From Bacteroidia bacterium (GTDB lineage: Bacteria > Bacteroidota > Bacteroidia > M30B66): a stretch of 64,000 nt of DNA. The notes under the pieces are model-generated. The model was not told the origin of the DNA. It was given only the letters and a program-made list of their open reading frames with translations, and ran no database searches. The translations under genes were made by a program, and so were the position numbers. The stretch lies in NCBI GenBank assembly GCA_965279035.1, contig OZ257142.1, forward strand, positions 3,040,001 to 3,104,000, given 5' to 3'. Position 1 is the first letter of the stretch. The number at the start of each line of letters is the position of its first letter. Shown here one piece after another: positions 31,068-42,269 of this stretch.

Positions 31068-33674
31068 TTAGGTTAATTCAAATCCGGATTTTAATAATGT
31101 TTTCAAATGTTTTTCAGCAATAGATTTATGGAAATCATTTAATGGTTTGAGTTCATATGCCAAATCTGCTATGTATGTTCTTTCACCATGAGTTAATATT
31201 TTCATTCTAGAATCCCATTCTACCATTTGTCTTAAAACATTCAAGTTTACTTTAGGAACCGCTATTGAAGAACTTTCTTTAGTTTTTGTTGTTTCTTTGT
31301 TAAAATAGTTTGATGCCAAATGAATGTCCTTAACAGATGGGGCAATACCTTTTGAAAGTTCAACTGCAATCTTATTAAATACAGAAGCAAACATATTAGT
31401 ACTTTCAGAAGCCTTCTGCTCAATTGACTTAAATAAGTCAAGAAGTCCTATTCCGTTTTCAATAGCTTGGTTGTATTTCAATATTATAAACTTTAATGTG
31501 CTTTCAATTTGATAATTGTATGGGGTATCTATTTGGTCAAAAATCTCAGGATTATTTTTTCGAATTTCGTTCAACAGAGTGTTTTCAAATTGCAATAGGT
31601 CTTCACTTAAATCTTCTAACTTTAATAGTGAAGAAATAATACTATCCACTTTTTTCGTTTGGAATTGAGAAAGTGTATCATATTTCTTTTTTATCTGATT
31701 GTAAAACTCTCCGCCTTTAGAAAGAATTTCAATGTTCATTTGTATTCTTTCAAAATCAACCTCCGTTTTATCTCTTTTCAATTTATCTTTAACTGAAACT
31801 GAATATTTGTTAAGTATTTGCTGAGAAATTTTTGAAGACATGAATTTCTCAATCTCATGTGAGACTGAAATATTATCCCACAATTTTTTATTCTTTGAAT
31901 ATTCTCCAAAATCATCGCTTTCCGAGTATTTTTTAATCAAATCATTCATTAACGCCATCAACTCTGTAAAAAATGTAATCAGGTCGTCATCTAGTTTTTC
32001 TTTCTTCCAGATTTTCGATAGATCAAATCGCTTTCCTTGTTTTGCCCCGTCAGTATAAATGTAAATTATTGAAATTGAGTAAGGGACAACAGCTGATCTT
32101 ATCTGACCCATTGAATGCTTCCCTTGACCATAAATCTTTTCAAGCTGAGTAAACAGTATAAATTTAGATATTAAATCTTCGTAAAAATCTCTATTTACAA
32201 TGATTGCTTTCTTGCCTTTTGACTCACCAGTAATTTCTTCTAAAAAATATCTAAAAACCTTTTCGCCACCCTTTTTAACAATATAAGGTTGATCACCCCA
32301 TGCAGTAAAATATTTACCTAACTGCTCTTTTGAGAAACGATAATTCTTAGGGTATTCTTTTTCAATTCTTGCTTTGTTTGAACCTGCAATTCTAAGTTTG
32401 GTATTGAATTCTCCTCTTGATTTTTCAAAGAACCATTTCCTTCCAGAAGGAGTTACGATACTATCGGAAAGTGCTTTTAGTTTATTTAATTGCGGACTTC
32501 TTGAACTTAAATCAACATTTGAAACCTTAGTCTGAGAATTAGAGTATCTACTTATATCCGAAATCAAAGTATCTAACCCATCTTCAGATACATCGCGAGC
32601 AACATTTATCTTAGCCATTATTTTGACCTTTTCAATTGAAAACCCATCTTTTTGAGTGAAGTAGATGCTGGCAGTTGTTTGACCACCGTTTACAATTTGA
32701 AAATCAGTCAATGATTTTATATAAATTTTTCCATCTTTTGATTCAATTTCTTTAGCTGTTGATGTTATTGTAATTCCATTATTGAAAGCAATAAATTTCT
32801 CAGGACTTACTCTTATTGTTTCTCTTATTCCTTTGTTCGCACCTTTAAATTGAAGAAATGACCTCACATTCTTTTCAAGTAATCTTGAACTATACCTTTT
32901 ATAAAGGTCAGAGAGTATAGTTGCAGGTAGAACACAGAGATAAGATTCAAAGTTTTCTTCCTCTGCGGCTTTAATGGCTTCTATTTTATAATTAAACAAA
33001 TTTTCAAAATCTATAACAAGTGCTTCTCTGTTACCTTGAGAAATTAAAACATCATATAAAAAATTGAGGTCAACTAATTTTTTAATGATCAGTAATTCTT
33101 TAGTAACTCTTTCTCTATTTCTTGTATAAGTAACTGAAATATTTTCATCTTCAAACTCTATCCTTTTTGGCTGTGGGACAGAGCCTCTGGATTCAGTTGT
33201 TGCTGTTGCACTTACTAAGAATATTTCAATAACATCATATTGTTCAGCACCTGTTGAGGATGAGAGTTGAGATAACAATGGTCTAATAGGGTCAGCATCC
33301 TGGACATCTTCATTTAAATATCCTTTGATAGCTTTATTCAAAAACTTTGTTACCCTCTTAAACTGATTGTCATAAAGACTTTTAGTTGAAATTTGCAAAT
33401 CTTTTTCAGATGAAGTAAGGTCTATACTTGATTCATCAACAATAAATAACTGCAATCGTTCTGATGATTCATTAACTGTATATCCATTCAACTTTAAGTT
33501 ATCTGAAGTATTCAAGAAATATGAATCATTCCAGTCTTCTGAATCGAGCAATTTAGCATCAACCATTAAAGGAAGAATTTGACTCAGCAATTGTGTTTGC
33601 TGAACAAATCCCTCATCGTCTTTTGAGCTGTCGAGTAATTCTTTTCTATAACTAAGAAATTCTTGAATTTTCAT
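31068..33674 (-). CDS. AIPR family protein (MzaE-like) with long C-terminal extension
   Basis: LLEKNVRSFLQ, FNNGIT, QIVNGGQTTAS, SNSQTKV, WFFEKSRG. Confidence 0.9.
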   Translation of the reverse strand: MKIQEFLSYRKELLDSSKDDEGFVQQTQLLSQILPLMVDAKLLDSEDWNDSYFLNTSDNLKLNGYTVNESSERLQLFIVDESSIDLTSSEKDLQISTKSLYDNQFKRVTKFLNKAIKGYLNEDVQDADPIRPLLSQLSSSTGAEQYDVIEIFLVSATATTESRGSVPQPKRIEFEDENISVTYTRNRERVTKELLIIKKLVDLNFLYDVLISQGNREALVIDFENLFNYKIEAIKAAEEENFESYLCVLPATILSDLYKRYSSRLLEKNVRSFLQFKGANKGIRETIRVSPEKFIAFNNGITITSTAKEIESKDGKIYIKSLTDFQIVNGGQTTASIYFTQKDGFSIEKVKIMAKINVARDVSEDGLDTLISDISRYSNSQTKVSNVDLSSRSPQLNKLKALSDSIVTPSGRKWFFEKSRGEFNTKLRIAGSNKARIEKEYPKNYRFSKEQLGKYFTAWGDQPYIVKKGGEKVFRYFLEEITGESKGKKAIIVNRDFYEDLISKFILFTQLEKIYGQGKHSMGQIRSAVVPYSISIIYIYTDGAKQGKRFDLSKIWKKEKLDDDLITFFTELMALMNDLIKKYSESDDFGEYSKNKKLWDNISVSHEIEKFMSSKISQQILNKYSVSVKDKLKRDKTEVDFERIQMNIEILSKGGEFYNQIKKKYDTLSQFQTKKVDSIISSLLKLEDLSEDLLQFENTLLNEIRKNNPEIFDQIDTPYNYQIESTLKFIILKYNQAIENGIGLLDLFKSIEQKASESTNMFASVFNKIAVELSKGIAPSVKDIHLASNYFNKETTKTKESSSIAVPKVNLNVLRQMVEWDSRMKILTHGERTYIADLAYELKPLNDFHKSIAEKHLKTLLKSGFELT

Positions 33675-33676
33675 AT

Positions 33677-34645
33677 TTAAAATTCATTTTGTTCAATGAT
33701 AAAAGATGTAAGCAAGTTCGTTCTCAGGGAGTATTTCAAACCATTTACTTCTTCTGGAATATTTGATTTACTAAGTTTTGGGAAATTTTCATCTGCACAG
33801 TTGTATGATGTCCAGTTGACTGGCTTAAATCTGTATTTATCATACTGTATCAAATTTTTAGCAGTTATATTCTTTTGGCTTAATGCCTTCCATAAAATTG
33901 TATTGTCACCGGAAGATTCCTGAACCAATTTCTTTATTTCTGAAATCAAATCTCTGATATGAATACCAACGTTGAAATCACTTAATAATGAGACAACAAT
34001 CAATTCAAGTCCTTTGCCTCGAGAAACTTCCAACTGAAATTCACTTGATATTTTAACATCAATGCCAGATGGAGATTTTGATTTTACTTCTATATTTTTA
34101 CTTTCTAATTCAAAGTCATTCCCTTTATCATAAAGGCCAGTCCACGCCTCCATAAGAAAATTGATTTCGGGCCTATCTTGTGCAGTTAATAATAATTTCA
34201 GAACCAATAATTCTCCTATGATGCCTTTTATAGCTTCCTCAGAGAGTAAATCTGATTTCCTTTCTTCAAAGAATTCACTCCATCTGTAAAAGGTCTGAAT
34301 GAAATAATTTGAATATTCATCAACCTGACTGATACTTTTTATGCCATGATAGAGAGAGAGGATAAGGTCATCAAAAAGGTCGTTGAAATCACTATGAGTT
34401 AATTGAAGTACGATTAGATTTTTTTCTCTGAAGTATTCAATGGATAAATTTTCTTTTTGAACTCCTTTGAAATCTAAACTCTTGTTGCTCTGCAATGCAA
34501 GTATCAAACATCTCTTCCCTTCGTTGCTAACACCAAGGTAAAGTTCACAAATACAGTCAGCGGAAATTCTTAGAGATCGAAAGCCACTTGTTAAAGTATT
34601 CTCTGAAAGCCCTGACCACTTTTGCTTTAAATCAATACTTGTCAT
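33677..34645 (-). CDS. PD-(D/E)XK motif protein (DUF4420, MzaD-like)
   Basis: GIIGEL, WTG...DF, IEVKS, ISSEFQL. Confidence 0.88.
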   Translation of the reverse strand: MTSIDLKQKWSGLSENTLTSGFRSLRISADCICELYLGVSNEGKRCLILALQSNKSLDFKGVQKENLSIEYFREKNLIVLQLTHSDFNDLFDDLILSLYHGIKSISQVDEYSNYFIQTFYRWSEFFEERKSDLLSEEAIKGIIGELLVLKLLLTAQDRPEINFLMEAWTGLYDKGNDFELESKNIEVKSKSPSGIDVKISSEFQLEVSRGKGLELIVVSLLSDFNVGIHIRDLISEIKKLVQESSGDNTILWKALSQKNITAKNLIQYDKYRFKPVNWTSYNCADENFPKLSKSNIPEEVNGLKYSLRTNLLTSFIIEQNEF

Positions 34646-34647
34646 AA

Positions 34648-37600
34648 TTATATTTCGTTTGCATCCTCTGGCAATTCAGAATCAATTAAATTAAACTCTA
34701 TTTCATCTTCCTCTTCAAATCCATAATTACCATGAACATATACTCCACCGGGATCTGGTTCAATTGGTGGAAAACCAATGGCATATCCAATCAATGGAAT
34801 GTTCAAATCAATTCTTTCGTTTTCAACAAACGTTTTCATTTCAGGATCTTCCATACCCTTTTCTTGGAGAAAAACATAGTATGAATCTAAAACATAAATT
34901 AAAAGTAATCCTTCTTGGTCTGTCATTTTTTCCCGATACACTCTTTCGGGAACGTTTATTTTTTCTACTTCTTTTTCTACCTTTTTAATAGACCAATCAG
35001 GATATTTAATTTGATATTCCCTTTTTTTAATTTCCCGATATTCCCTTTCAGCATCTTGAATTTGGGATTGTGTTAAAAGAATTGATAAGTCTTGATTTGC
35101 AGAAATAATATGGGCTGATTTGCCAGATGCACTAAAAAGTTTATTGTGAATAAATTGGTTTCTATAGTGTTTTGCAGCAACAGTTTCTCCTGGTCCTCTT
35201 CTGATTGTCATTCCAATATTGATTACCAAATTCGATTCTTCCTTTTTCAAGATACCTTTGCCTTTTACATCATCTGCTCTTCCTGTGGCTTTAATTGCTA
35301 TTGTCCAGTTTTGAAGTTTTTTGTCAGATTGACATCTTTGTAAAAACTTTATCATGCTATCGCATCTGTCTTTACCGAAATTATTTTCTTGTTCAAGTAT
35401 GGTAATCATTCCAACTATATCTGTTTGGGCTACAAGAAAACTGACATCTTTTTCACCATGCTTTATGTATGGTTCAAAATTTAACTTAGTGACAATATTA
35501 TTTTTAAAACTCGAAAAAACACTTTCTATTTTTTCTTTTATTAACTCAAATTTTGTTGTTTCTTCAAGTTCATCCTGATATGACCAATTGACTTCTAAAG
35601 TATCCCTGAGAATGGATGGACGAGTAATTTTAAGAGCTCCGGGATGTTTCTTTACCCGAAGTATAAAATTAGCAGGTGTTTTATCTTTCTCTTCCATTTT
35701 CCTGAACTCAGTTTCAAGTTCTTCTATGGTTCTTGTAACCAAATCATATTTCTCCATTGAATCTCGGGTAATGAAAAGTTTACAACAATCCAGATATCCT
35801 GGTCTGTAACCAAACCATCTTCCCATTTGTAGCAAAGCATCAGAATAATCGGTTGATCGGACAAAATAGTTTATGCTTAATCCCTCAAGAGTAAATCCAC
35901 GGGATAATCTATTTCCACCAATGGCAATATATTTCTTCGGCGTGTTCTTCGGATAAACAAGTTTGTCGCCAGTAGAACTATTGACTGCTTTAACTTCAAT
36001 CCCTTTAATTGAATCGGTGAGAAAATTATTTTTTATAGTTTCAAAACTAATAGGTTTTAGAAATTCATCGTCGTATCCTTTCGGCAAATAGTCAGAAACA
36101 TGTTCAATAATTGTTGAGTAGTATTTGAACCAGATTCTCTCAAAGGTTGCAAAGATGGAACTAGGATTACTCGGGTCATCTAGTTGTAAACTACTTTGCA
36201 TGTCTCTTAAATACCCATCAATTAAATCTTTCAGACTGTTTTGCCATAGAGTGTATCTCGAAATGTGAATCAACATTGAATTATGCGGATTGAACATTGT
36301 AGAATTTACCATAGCAGGTTTCCTGCTTTCACGAATTGCAATTGAGAGAATAAAACAGAGAATACTTTCTTTTATTGAATCTGGCAATCTTTTTGGGAAT
36401 CCATCTCCAGTTCTGGAAGACCTTGTTTGTCTTCTGTATTCGCTGTAATCAGCAAAATCAAGATAAGAATTAAACTGTCCAATCTTTTCGTTCCAGTCAT
36501 TTTGATTTTTGATTTTCAACACACCTACCAATTCACTTTCGTTAGAAAAATAAACCTTGTCTGGGAAATGTTCAATGTTATCATCCACAAGTTCAACCAA
36601 AGGAATTTTTAATTCAGCTTTGTTATCTATTGGTTTTGTTGTCTCAAAAATTTGCTTTGCTCCAACATAATTTGTTGGTGGATTTAGCAGCACAATAAAA
36701 TCATCTGGAAATAAATTATCAACTCGTTGCAAGGCTTTTTCCTCCGTCTGTCTTCTAACCTTATATTTTACAATCCAGTTATTTTCAGGTGCATCATTTC
36801 TGTCAGCAAGAATATTTGCAAATGGTGTTGCTGTATAGCCCAAATATGTTTTGCGTTTAAACAATGCAAGTAAAGCCCTAATGTGTCCATTTGTTTTTGA
36901 TGCATATTCTCTTCCTAATTTGCCTTCATTGTTCAATGATGCGTTGTCTGCTTCATCATCCAAAATAAGCAATGGAATATCGTGTTGGTCTTTGTTTTCT
37001 TCAAGGTAGTCATGCAGCCATACAATCAGGTTACGCAACACACTCACATTGTTCTTACATACAAGTATGTTCGTATGATTAAGTGAGAAGTCTGCATCAA
37101 GTAAGTTCTTTTTAAAATCCGATTTTGCTGATGTAATAGAAATGACTTGAGTGACGCTGCTATCACCCATATTTCCAAACCTTCTTATTGCGCCAACTCC
37201 TTTTTTTACCAAAGTATCAGTATCAATATCAAGCCCTTCTCCCACCACATCACTTTCAATTCTTAATTGTGTTTGATTTCTCAAATCCTCCATTAAACCT
37301 GCAAGAACAATTATTAATCCGTAACCAGAATCAATTGCACGGTTGATTACAGCATTAAAGTTTTGGGTTTTCCCTGCTTGAACACTACCGACTACTAAAC
37401 CCTTGACATAAAACTCCTCTCTTGATTTTGGATCTCCCATCTTTCCCAAAATTTCAAGGCTTGTTGTTTTTGTTTCGTCAATTACTTTTTCAGAACGCCC
37501 GGCTTTTTCAAGTAAAGTGAAATATCTGTCGCTATAATTCCAAGAGTTTTTCATCTCCTCTTTTCTTTCTGCTGTCAGCCAAGTTTTGAATCCTTTTTTT

Positions 37601-37854
37601 GTTAATGAATTACTTGGGTCAATATCAATTGGATTAACAGACAAATACTGATTCTTGGCAGTCTCAAAATAATTTTTCAAAGTTACCTCATCAATTTCAG
37701 GATAACTCAAATGTTTAATGATTATGTTAATTGAATCTTTAATCTCGGGTAATAGGTTCAAAAAATAATTAGGGGATAAAGAATTATTTTTTGAGTATTC
37801 CTTTGCTTTTCCTTCGATAATTTTGATTATGATGTCAATGTATCTATTCTTCAT
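34648..37854 (-). CDS. Z1-domain SF2 helicase-like protein (MzaC-like)
   Basis: GSVQAGKT, DDEADNAS, GYTATPFAN, GGNRLSRGFTLEGL, QMGRWFGYRPGY. Confidence 0.92.
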   Translation of the reverse strand: MKNRYIDIIIKIIEGKAKEYSKNNSLSPNYFLNLLPEIKDSINIIIKHLSYPEIDEVTLKNYFETAKNQYLSVNPIDIDPSNSLTKKGFKTWLTAERKEEMKNSWNYSDRYFTLLEKAGRSEKVIDETKTTSLEILGKMGDPKSREEFYVKGLVVGSVQAGKTQNFNAVINRAIDSGYGLIIVLAGLMEDLRNQTQLRIESDVVGEGLDIDTDTLVKKGVGAIRRFGNMGDSSVTQVISITSAKSDFKKNLLDADFSLNHTNILVCKNNVSVLRNLIVWLHDYLEENKDQHDIPLLILDDEADNASLNNEGKLGREYASKTNGHIRALLALFKRKTYLGYTATPFANILADRNDAPENNWIVKYKVRRQTEEKALQRVDNLFPDDFIVLLNPPTNYVGAKQIFETTKPIDNKAELKIPLVELVDDNIEHFPDKVYFSNESELVGVLKIKNQNDWNEKIGQFNSYLDFADYSEYRRQTRSSRTGDGFPKRLPDSIKESILCFILSIAIRESRKPAMVNSTMFNPHNSMLIHISRYTLWQNSLKDLIDGYLRDMQSSLQLDDPSNPSSIFATFERIWFKYYSTIIEHVSDYLPKGYDDEFLKPISFETIKNNFLTDSIKGIEVKAVNSSTGDKLVYPKNTPKKYIAIGGNRLSRGFTLEGLSINYFVRSTDYSDALLQMGRWFGYRPGYLDCCKLFITRDSMEKYDLVTRTIEELETEFRKMEEKDKTPANFILRVKKHPGALKITRPSILRDTLEVNWSYQDELEETTKFELIKEKIESVFSSFKNNIVTKLNFEPYIKHGEKDVSFLVAQTDIVGMITILEQENNFGKDRCDSMIKFLQRCQSDKKLQNWTIAIKATGRADDVKGKGILKKEESNLVINIGMTIRRGPGETVAAKHYRNQFIHNKLFSASGKSAHIISANQDLSILLTQSQIQDAEREYREIKKREYQIKYPDWSIKKVEKEVEKINVPERVYREKMTDQEGLLLIYVLDSYYVFLQEKGMEDPEMKTFVENERIDLNIPLIGYAIGFPPIEPDPGGVYVHGNYGFEEEDEIEFNLIDSELPEDANEI

Positions 37855-37859
37855 AAAAT

Positions 37860-39377
37860 TTATTTTAATAGTTGAATGACTTCTTGAGGTAATGAACTTT
37901 CAGTAAACCCGAGATTTGGAAGAATATCTTTTTTTATCAGTTCAGATGACAGCCCGCTTTCTATGAGTTGGTTGACACATGTAATTAAATCTTTCAAAGA
38001 CAATCCATCTTTCTCTTCAATGCCTACAAATTCTTTCTCCTCATGAGTTTGTCTGATTTCATTAATCCTTGTATTTATCATCCGAATGATCAAATTCAAT
38101 TTTACTAATTGATCTTTTTCCAATTCACTCATCAATGATTTTAGTAAAGGAAAACTATTGTTTACTTCCAACAAAGTCCCTTTACTGCTTGCTTTTCTCT
38201 CAAAGAGTTGCACATTATCCTCTTTGCGATTTGCTGAAAACTTTCTGATTCCTTTATTGAAAAATTCTCTTTCAGCCTGAATTTTCAATTCATCAATATA
38301 TTTTTCAAAAGCAACTGTTAAATCATGTGGTATTTCAATTTGTGATTTTGCTACATTCAAATGCAATAAATGGTCAACACTGTTGCCTATATCAACACGT
38401 AATCTTGCTAATTGAAGTCGAGGTGCTTTTTTAATTAAGCCATTCCATCCTCCAAAGTGAATTAACCTGTCTGCTCTGTATATATATATTCCTTCCATAT
38501 CCATTAAACTTCGGTTTTTTGTTGTCCATTTGGATATACTTTGGCTTTCATCAATACTTCTGGAAGGAAGAACAAAACCTTCAATTTTAATTGTATCTGT
38601 GCTGAATTGTTTTTGCTTGAATTCTATAGGCCTAAAATCTGTTTCCTGTGTTGGGAAAGGATTAAAAGATGCTATGAGATTGTTGTTAATTCTAATTAGT
38701 AACGGATTGTCTTTTCTCTCCATATATCTATGAAATACTAATGATAAATAATCCGAGGTAACTTCTGTTATTTGTTTCTTTAATGCTGATTGCCTTTTCT
38801 CTTCTTCTAAATAATTTTCAAACTTGTAGAGCCCTTGCCAGACTACAATTGTATTTGCCTCAAAATTTTCAAAGCGATTTAAATGTCCTTCACTGAGGAT
38901 TCGATATTGTTTAATGAGGTTTTCTATTTCTATTTGATTATTTACAATCAGACGCCATTTACCAACTTGCTTCAGATAGTTGACATCCCAAGTTCTACCA
39001 TAAAATTCCTTAGTTCCCTTTTTCCTAGACAAAACGGTAAAGCATCTAGTTTGTGAAAAGGAGGCCGTCTTCATACCTAATCCAAATCTTCCTAAATCAA
39101 GAGCATTTCTCTCTTCTTCTGGTGAGTTACTTGGAAACTGCATACTTGCTTTAAGTGCTTCCTCATTCATTCCATCACCATTATCAGCAATGAACAAGGC
39201 AAATGGCTCTTGTTCCATCTTAATAAGCACTTCAATTTTGTTAGCGTTTGCTGAAACAGAATTGTCCATCAAATCAGCTAATGATGATTCCAAACTATAT
39301 CCCTGTTCAGCAATTGATTTTATGAGATACTCAGGATTGGGATCTGCAATCTCTGAAAGTGGATTTCTATTTTCCAT
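37860..39377 (-). CDS. MORC/MutL-like GHKL ATPase (MzaB-like)
   Basis: DLMDNSVSA, DNGDGM, LGRFGLGMKTASFSQ, YIYRADRLI. Confidence 0.92.
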   Translation of the reverse strand: MENRNPLSEIADPNPEYLIKSIAEQGYSLESSLADLMDNSVSANANKIEVLIKMEQEPFALFIADNGDGMNEEALKASMQFPSNSPEEERNALDLGRFGLGMKTASFSQTRCFTVLSRKKGTKEFYGRTWDVNYLKQVGKWRLIVNNQIEIENLIKQYRILSEGHLNRFENFEANTIVVWQGLYKFENYLEEEKRQSALKKQITEVTSDYLSLVFHRYMERKDNPLLIRINNNLIASFNPFPTQETDFRPIEFKQKQFSTDTIKIEGFVLPSRSIDESQSISKWTTKNRSLMDMEGIYIYRADRLIHFGGWNGLIKKAPRLQLARLRVDIGNSVDHLLHLNVAKSQIEIPHDLTVAFEKYIDELKIQAEREFFNKGIRKFSANRKEDNVQLFERKASSKGTLLEVNNSFPLLKSLMSELEKDQLVKLNLIIRMINTRINEIRQTHEEKEFVGIEEKDGLSLKDLITCVNQLIESGLSSELIKKDILPNLGFTESSLPQEVIQLLK

Positions 39378-40626
39378 CAAAAAGTTGACTAATTGTATTT
39401 GCTATTGTTTTAGCCATTAATGGCGGTACTGCATTTCCAATTTGTTTGAATGCTGCAGTTCTATTAGCACTTTCTTTTTCGCCTTCAAAATAATAATCAT
39501 CTGGAAATGATTGAAGACGTGCAGCTTCTCTTACGCTAATTGATCTATTTTGCTTTATATCTGGATGAATATAATAATGCCCGTCTTTGGAAATATGAGC
39601 AACAACAGTTTGAGAATAGGGTAAATCAGAGGCGACTACTTTAAACCTATCAAAAAATGAAGTTCGATTTTGATGAGTCTTTAAATTTTCTGGTAAATCA
39701 TTATAATTCAACCGTTCTTTTTTCTTTTCCCATTTTTTAACTGCAATCTTATATATTTCTTTATCCTGATCACGATGAGGACGTGAAATATGTTGAGTTA
39801 AAACATTTAGACCATTTCTAAATGCATGCCTTTTTAAATAATCTGAAGCTTCTGATTTATATTTAACAAATTTATCTATACCATCTCCTGCATTTATTGC
39901 TGGCAAGTCCATTAATAAGTCGTTTACTTTAAAGTTGCTTTCACAATTTATATCTTCAAGATTAGGAATATTTATATTTAACTTTTTTTGCCAACCAAGA
40001 ATAACAATACGTTTTCTATTTTGTAAAACTTCGAAATTTTTTGCCTCTAGTGTGAAAAGCTTAATCAGATATCCTTTGCTTTGAAACAACCTTTCCATTT
40101 CTGCAAGATAGTGACCCTGTTTTGCAGATTTAAGTCCAAGAACATTTTCGAAAACAAACATTTTGGGTTTATATTTTTGTAAATAACCAGCATATTGAAT
40201 AAATAAATAATTCCTAGGATCACCCTCCATTTTGGTCTTTGATCTAGACCTTCCAACTAAAGAATACGCTTGACAAGGTGGTCCACCAATTATTAAATCA
40301 ACTTTTCTATTTCCTAATATTCCTTTAATTTTTTTATGAATTAATTGATTATTATCATCACCTATTGGCAAGTTAATAATAGAATCCAAAATTTGATTTG
40401 GAACATTCGCATAAAGCTGCTCACGTGTAATTTCACCTTTGAGGTAAGATGTATATTTATCATACTTCTTAATTCCTTTTAAATAATGAAATACAGCCCG
40501 TGTTCGAAGTGTATTACAGGCTGATTTTTCAATTTCAACATGAGCTATTGGTTCAAAACCAGCTTGAATAAAACCTTCTGAAAGTCCACCTGCACCAGCA
40601 AATAAGTCTATGAAATTGTAAGCCAT
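39367..40626 (-). CDS. dcm: DNA (cytosine-5) methyltransferase
   Basis: DLFAGAGG, GGPPCQ, ENV, QNRKR, REAARLQSFPD, QIGNAVPP. Confidence 0.95.
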   Translation of the reverse strand: MAYNFIDLFAGAGGLSEGFIQAGFEPIAHVEIEKSACNTLRTRAVFHYLKGIKKYDKYTSYLKGEITREQLYANVPNQILDSIINLPIGDDNNQLIHKKIKGILGNRKVDLIIGGPPCQAYSLVGRSRSKTKMEGDPRNYLFIQYAGYLQKYKPKMFVFENVLGLKSAKQGHYLAEMERLFQSKGYLIKLFTLEAKNFEVLQNRKRIVILGWQKKLNINIPNLEDINCESNFKVNDLLMDLPAINAGDGIDKFVKYKSEASDYLKRHAFRNGLNVLTQHISRPHRDQDKEIYKIAVKKWEKKKERLNYNDLPENLKTHQNRTSFFDRFKVVASDLPYSQTVVAHISKDGHYYIHPDIKQNRSISVREAARLQSFPDDYYFEGEKESANRTAAFKQIGNAVPPLMAKTIANTISQLFDGK

Positions 40627-40950
40627 TATATCTTTTTGAATTTGCCTAAATTAACCATTTTTCAAATCCAAGTACAGTTAAGAACACTTTAAAGCTAAGG
40701 AGTTTTTAACTGAACTTTATTACTTTTAAATGACAACTTGATACTTTCTCTTTCTTTATCATAAGTTAATTTGATACTGAATTCTTTTCGTTTTAATAAT
40801 CGAATTCAATTCATCCAAAGTTAATAATGCATACTTAGTTGATTTTGGGTGTAACAAAACAGAATTAATATTACAATATGCTAAAACATAAAATTTATCA
40901 ATTATGAAATCTCCAAACATCCCCCACAAAAAAACACCAGCCGATTAACT

Positions 40951-41058
40951 AGTATCAAGTAAAGAGTATTAAGTACAAAGGTTGTATAATGTATAGATTA
41001 CCAAGCACTTAGACCGCTTAATACACTAACCTCATTACTCTTTATTAACAACCAAACT
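40951..41058 (-). repeat. Decayed third copy of the paaZ-end/hairpin repeat
   Basis: AGTATCAAGT...TATTAAGTACAAAG arm, plus 41017-41058 matching 44335-44377 at about 35/43. Confidence 0.6.
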
Positions 41059-41077
41059 AAGCCATCAGATTCAAGTT

Positions 41078-41536
41078 CTATTTAAAAATCCGCTTGTCAA
41101 ATGGGAACTTTTGAATGTTCTGGATACGTATTCTACTAAAATCTTTATGGTTTGGATTGATTAGCACATTGAAATCGCCTTGAGTGACAACCGAAGGGAT
41201 AAATGCCACACAGTACTTATTTTCTGTTACAAAGTCATTTCCTATTTTCTGAGTGCTGAATGGATGTGGAAATTCTTTCCAATTAATGGGTAATTCCCTT
41301 TCTTGAATGTGCTTTACTTCGATATCATCGGGAATGTAAATGCTAATCATCACATAATCGTCGGGTAAAGTGGCCAAGGTAAAATGTACTGCCACTTCGG
41401 CCATAGCAAGTGAGCGGTTATTGGCGGTGTAAATGAGTTCTATCCCCACCGAATTCCATCTTGCTCCTTTTAAAGCAGCTCCTAATCCAGATAATGGTGT
41501 AGCATATTGCTCTCTTGCAAGACGATATACTTCCAT
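41078..41536 (-). CDS. RES-domain toxin (NAD+-acting family)
   Basis: VYRL, GARWNS, SLAMAEV, IPSVV, NVLINP. Confidence 0.92.
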   Translation of the reverse strand: MEVYRLAREQYATPLSGLGAALKGARWNSVGIELIYTANNRSLAMAEVAVHFTLATLPDDYVMISIYIPDDIEVKHIQERELPINWKEFPHPFSTQKIGNDFVTENKYCVAFIPSVVTQGDFNVLINPNHKDFSRIRIQNIQKFPFDKRIFK

Positions 41537-42040
41537 TTAAACCAATATTCCGTAGTTAATGCGGGTTAATTCACTCATGACCATTTCTTTGCCATAGGAA
41601 TCTTTGAGCAGTTCAATAGGCTTTAATGAACCCAAAGCATAACTAGGAGTATTGAGCCACAAGCGGAGTTTGTCACTACTTCCAAACACTTCTATACCCA
41701 ATTTCGTTACTTCGGCCATTTCAATAATCTTTTCTGAATGAATAGACTTGAATTGATAGGCAGTTGCCACTCTGTAGCGTTGAAGTGATTTGGTAGAAAT
41801 ATCAAGAAAACTAGCCCAATCATTTTCCGAGAATGGCGTGTATTCTTGTATTAAATCGAATAATGAATAGGGTATACCTGCACGAATGGCAAGTATGATG
41901 AGCATCTTATCTTTTAAGAATTCCTCGTAACTAATTGTTCCTTTTACTGCAGCAGCATATCCGCTAAAGCGATGCGTTTTAAAATAGCTTGAAATTTCCT
42001 TGTTTAGCCTACCTTCTAGCTTTGTTGTTGCGCTTGCCAT
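41537..42040 (-). CDS. Xre/MbcA/ParS-family antitoxin
   Basis: ISTKSLQRY, EVFGS, WLNTPSYALG...PIELL; the ORF-track start (42202) lies inside the IS3, so the start was reset to MASATT. Confidence 0.9.
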   Translation of the reverse strand: MASATTKLEGRLNKEISSYFKTHRFSGYAAAVKGTISYEEFLKDKMLIILAIRAGIPYSLFDLIQEYTPFSENDWASFLDISTKSLQRYRVATAYQFKSIHSEKIIEMAEVTKLGIEVFGSSDKLRLWLNTPSYALGSLKPIELLKDSYGKEMVMSELTRINYGILV

Positions 42041-42269
42041 AACCGCTCGTTTTAGACACTTGTCTGCAAGTATAAGACAAATATCCAAACGAAACAACAC
42101 GGATATTGTTTCAGTGTGAGTGTAAAAAGTATTAAGTAAAAAGTACCAAGTATCAAGTACAAAGATGTCCTTGCCTAAAATAGGTTGACTTTTTATTATC
42201 ACTTTCTACTTTGTTAAAGTAGTTTATTGTTTGTTGTTTTAAGTTTCTTTTTTGGTTCTTTTTTCTTTG

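Noticed and set aside
40700-40850. Possible gene relic upstream of dcm
   Set aside because: Short broken frames with no recognisable motif
42041-42202. N-terminal extension of the Xre antitoxin
   Set aside because: Runs through the promoter, heptamer repeat and IS3 end
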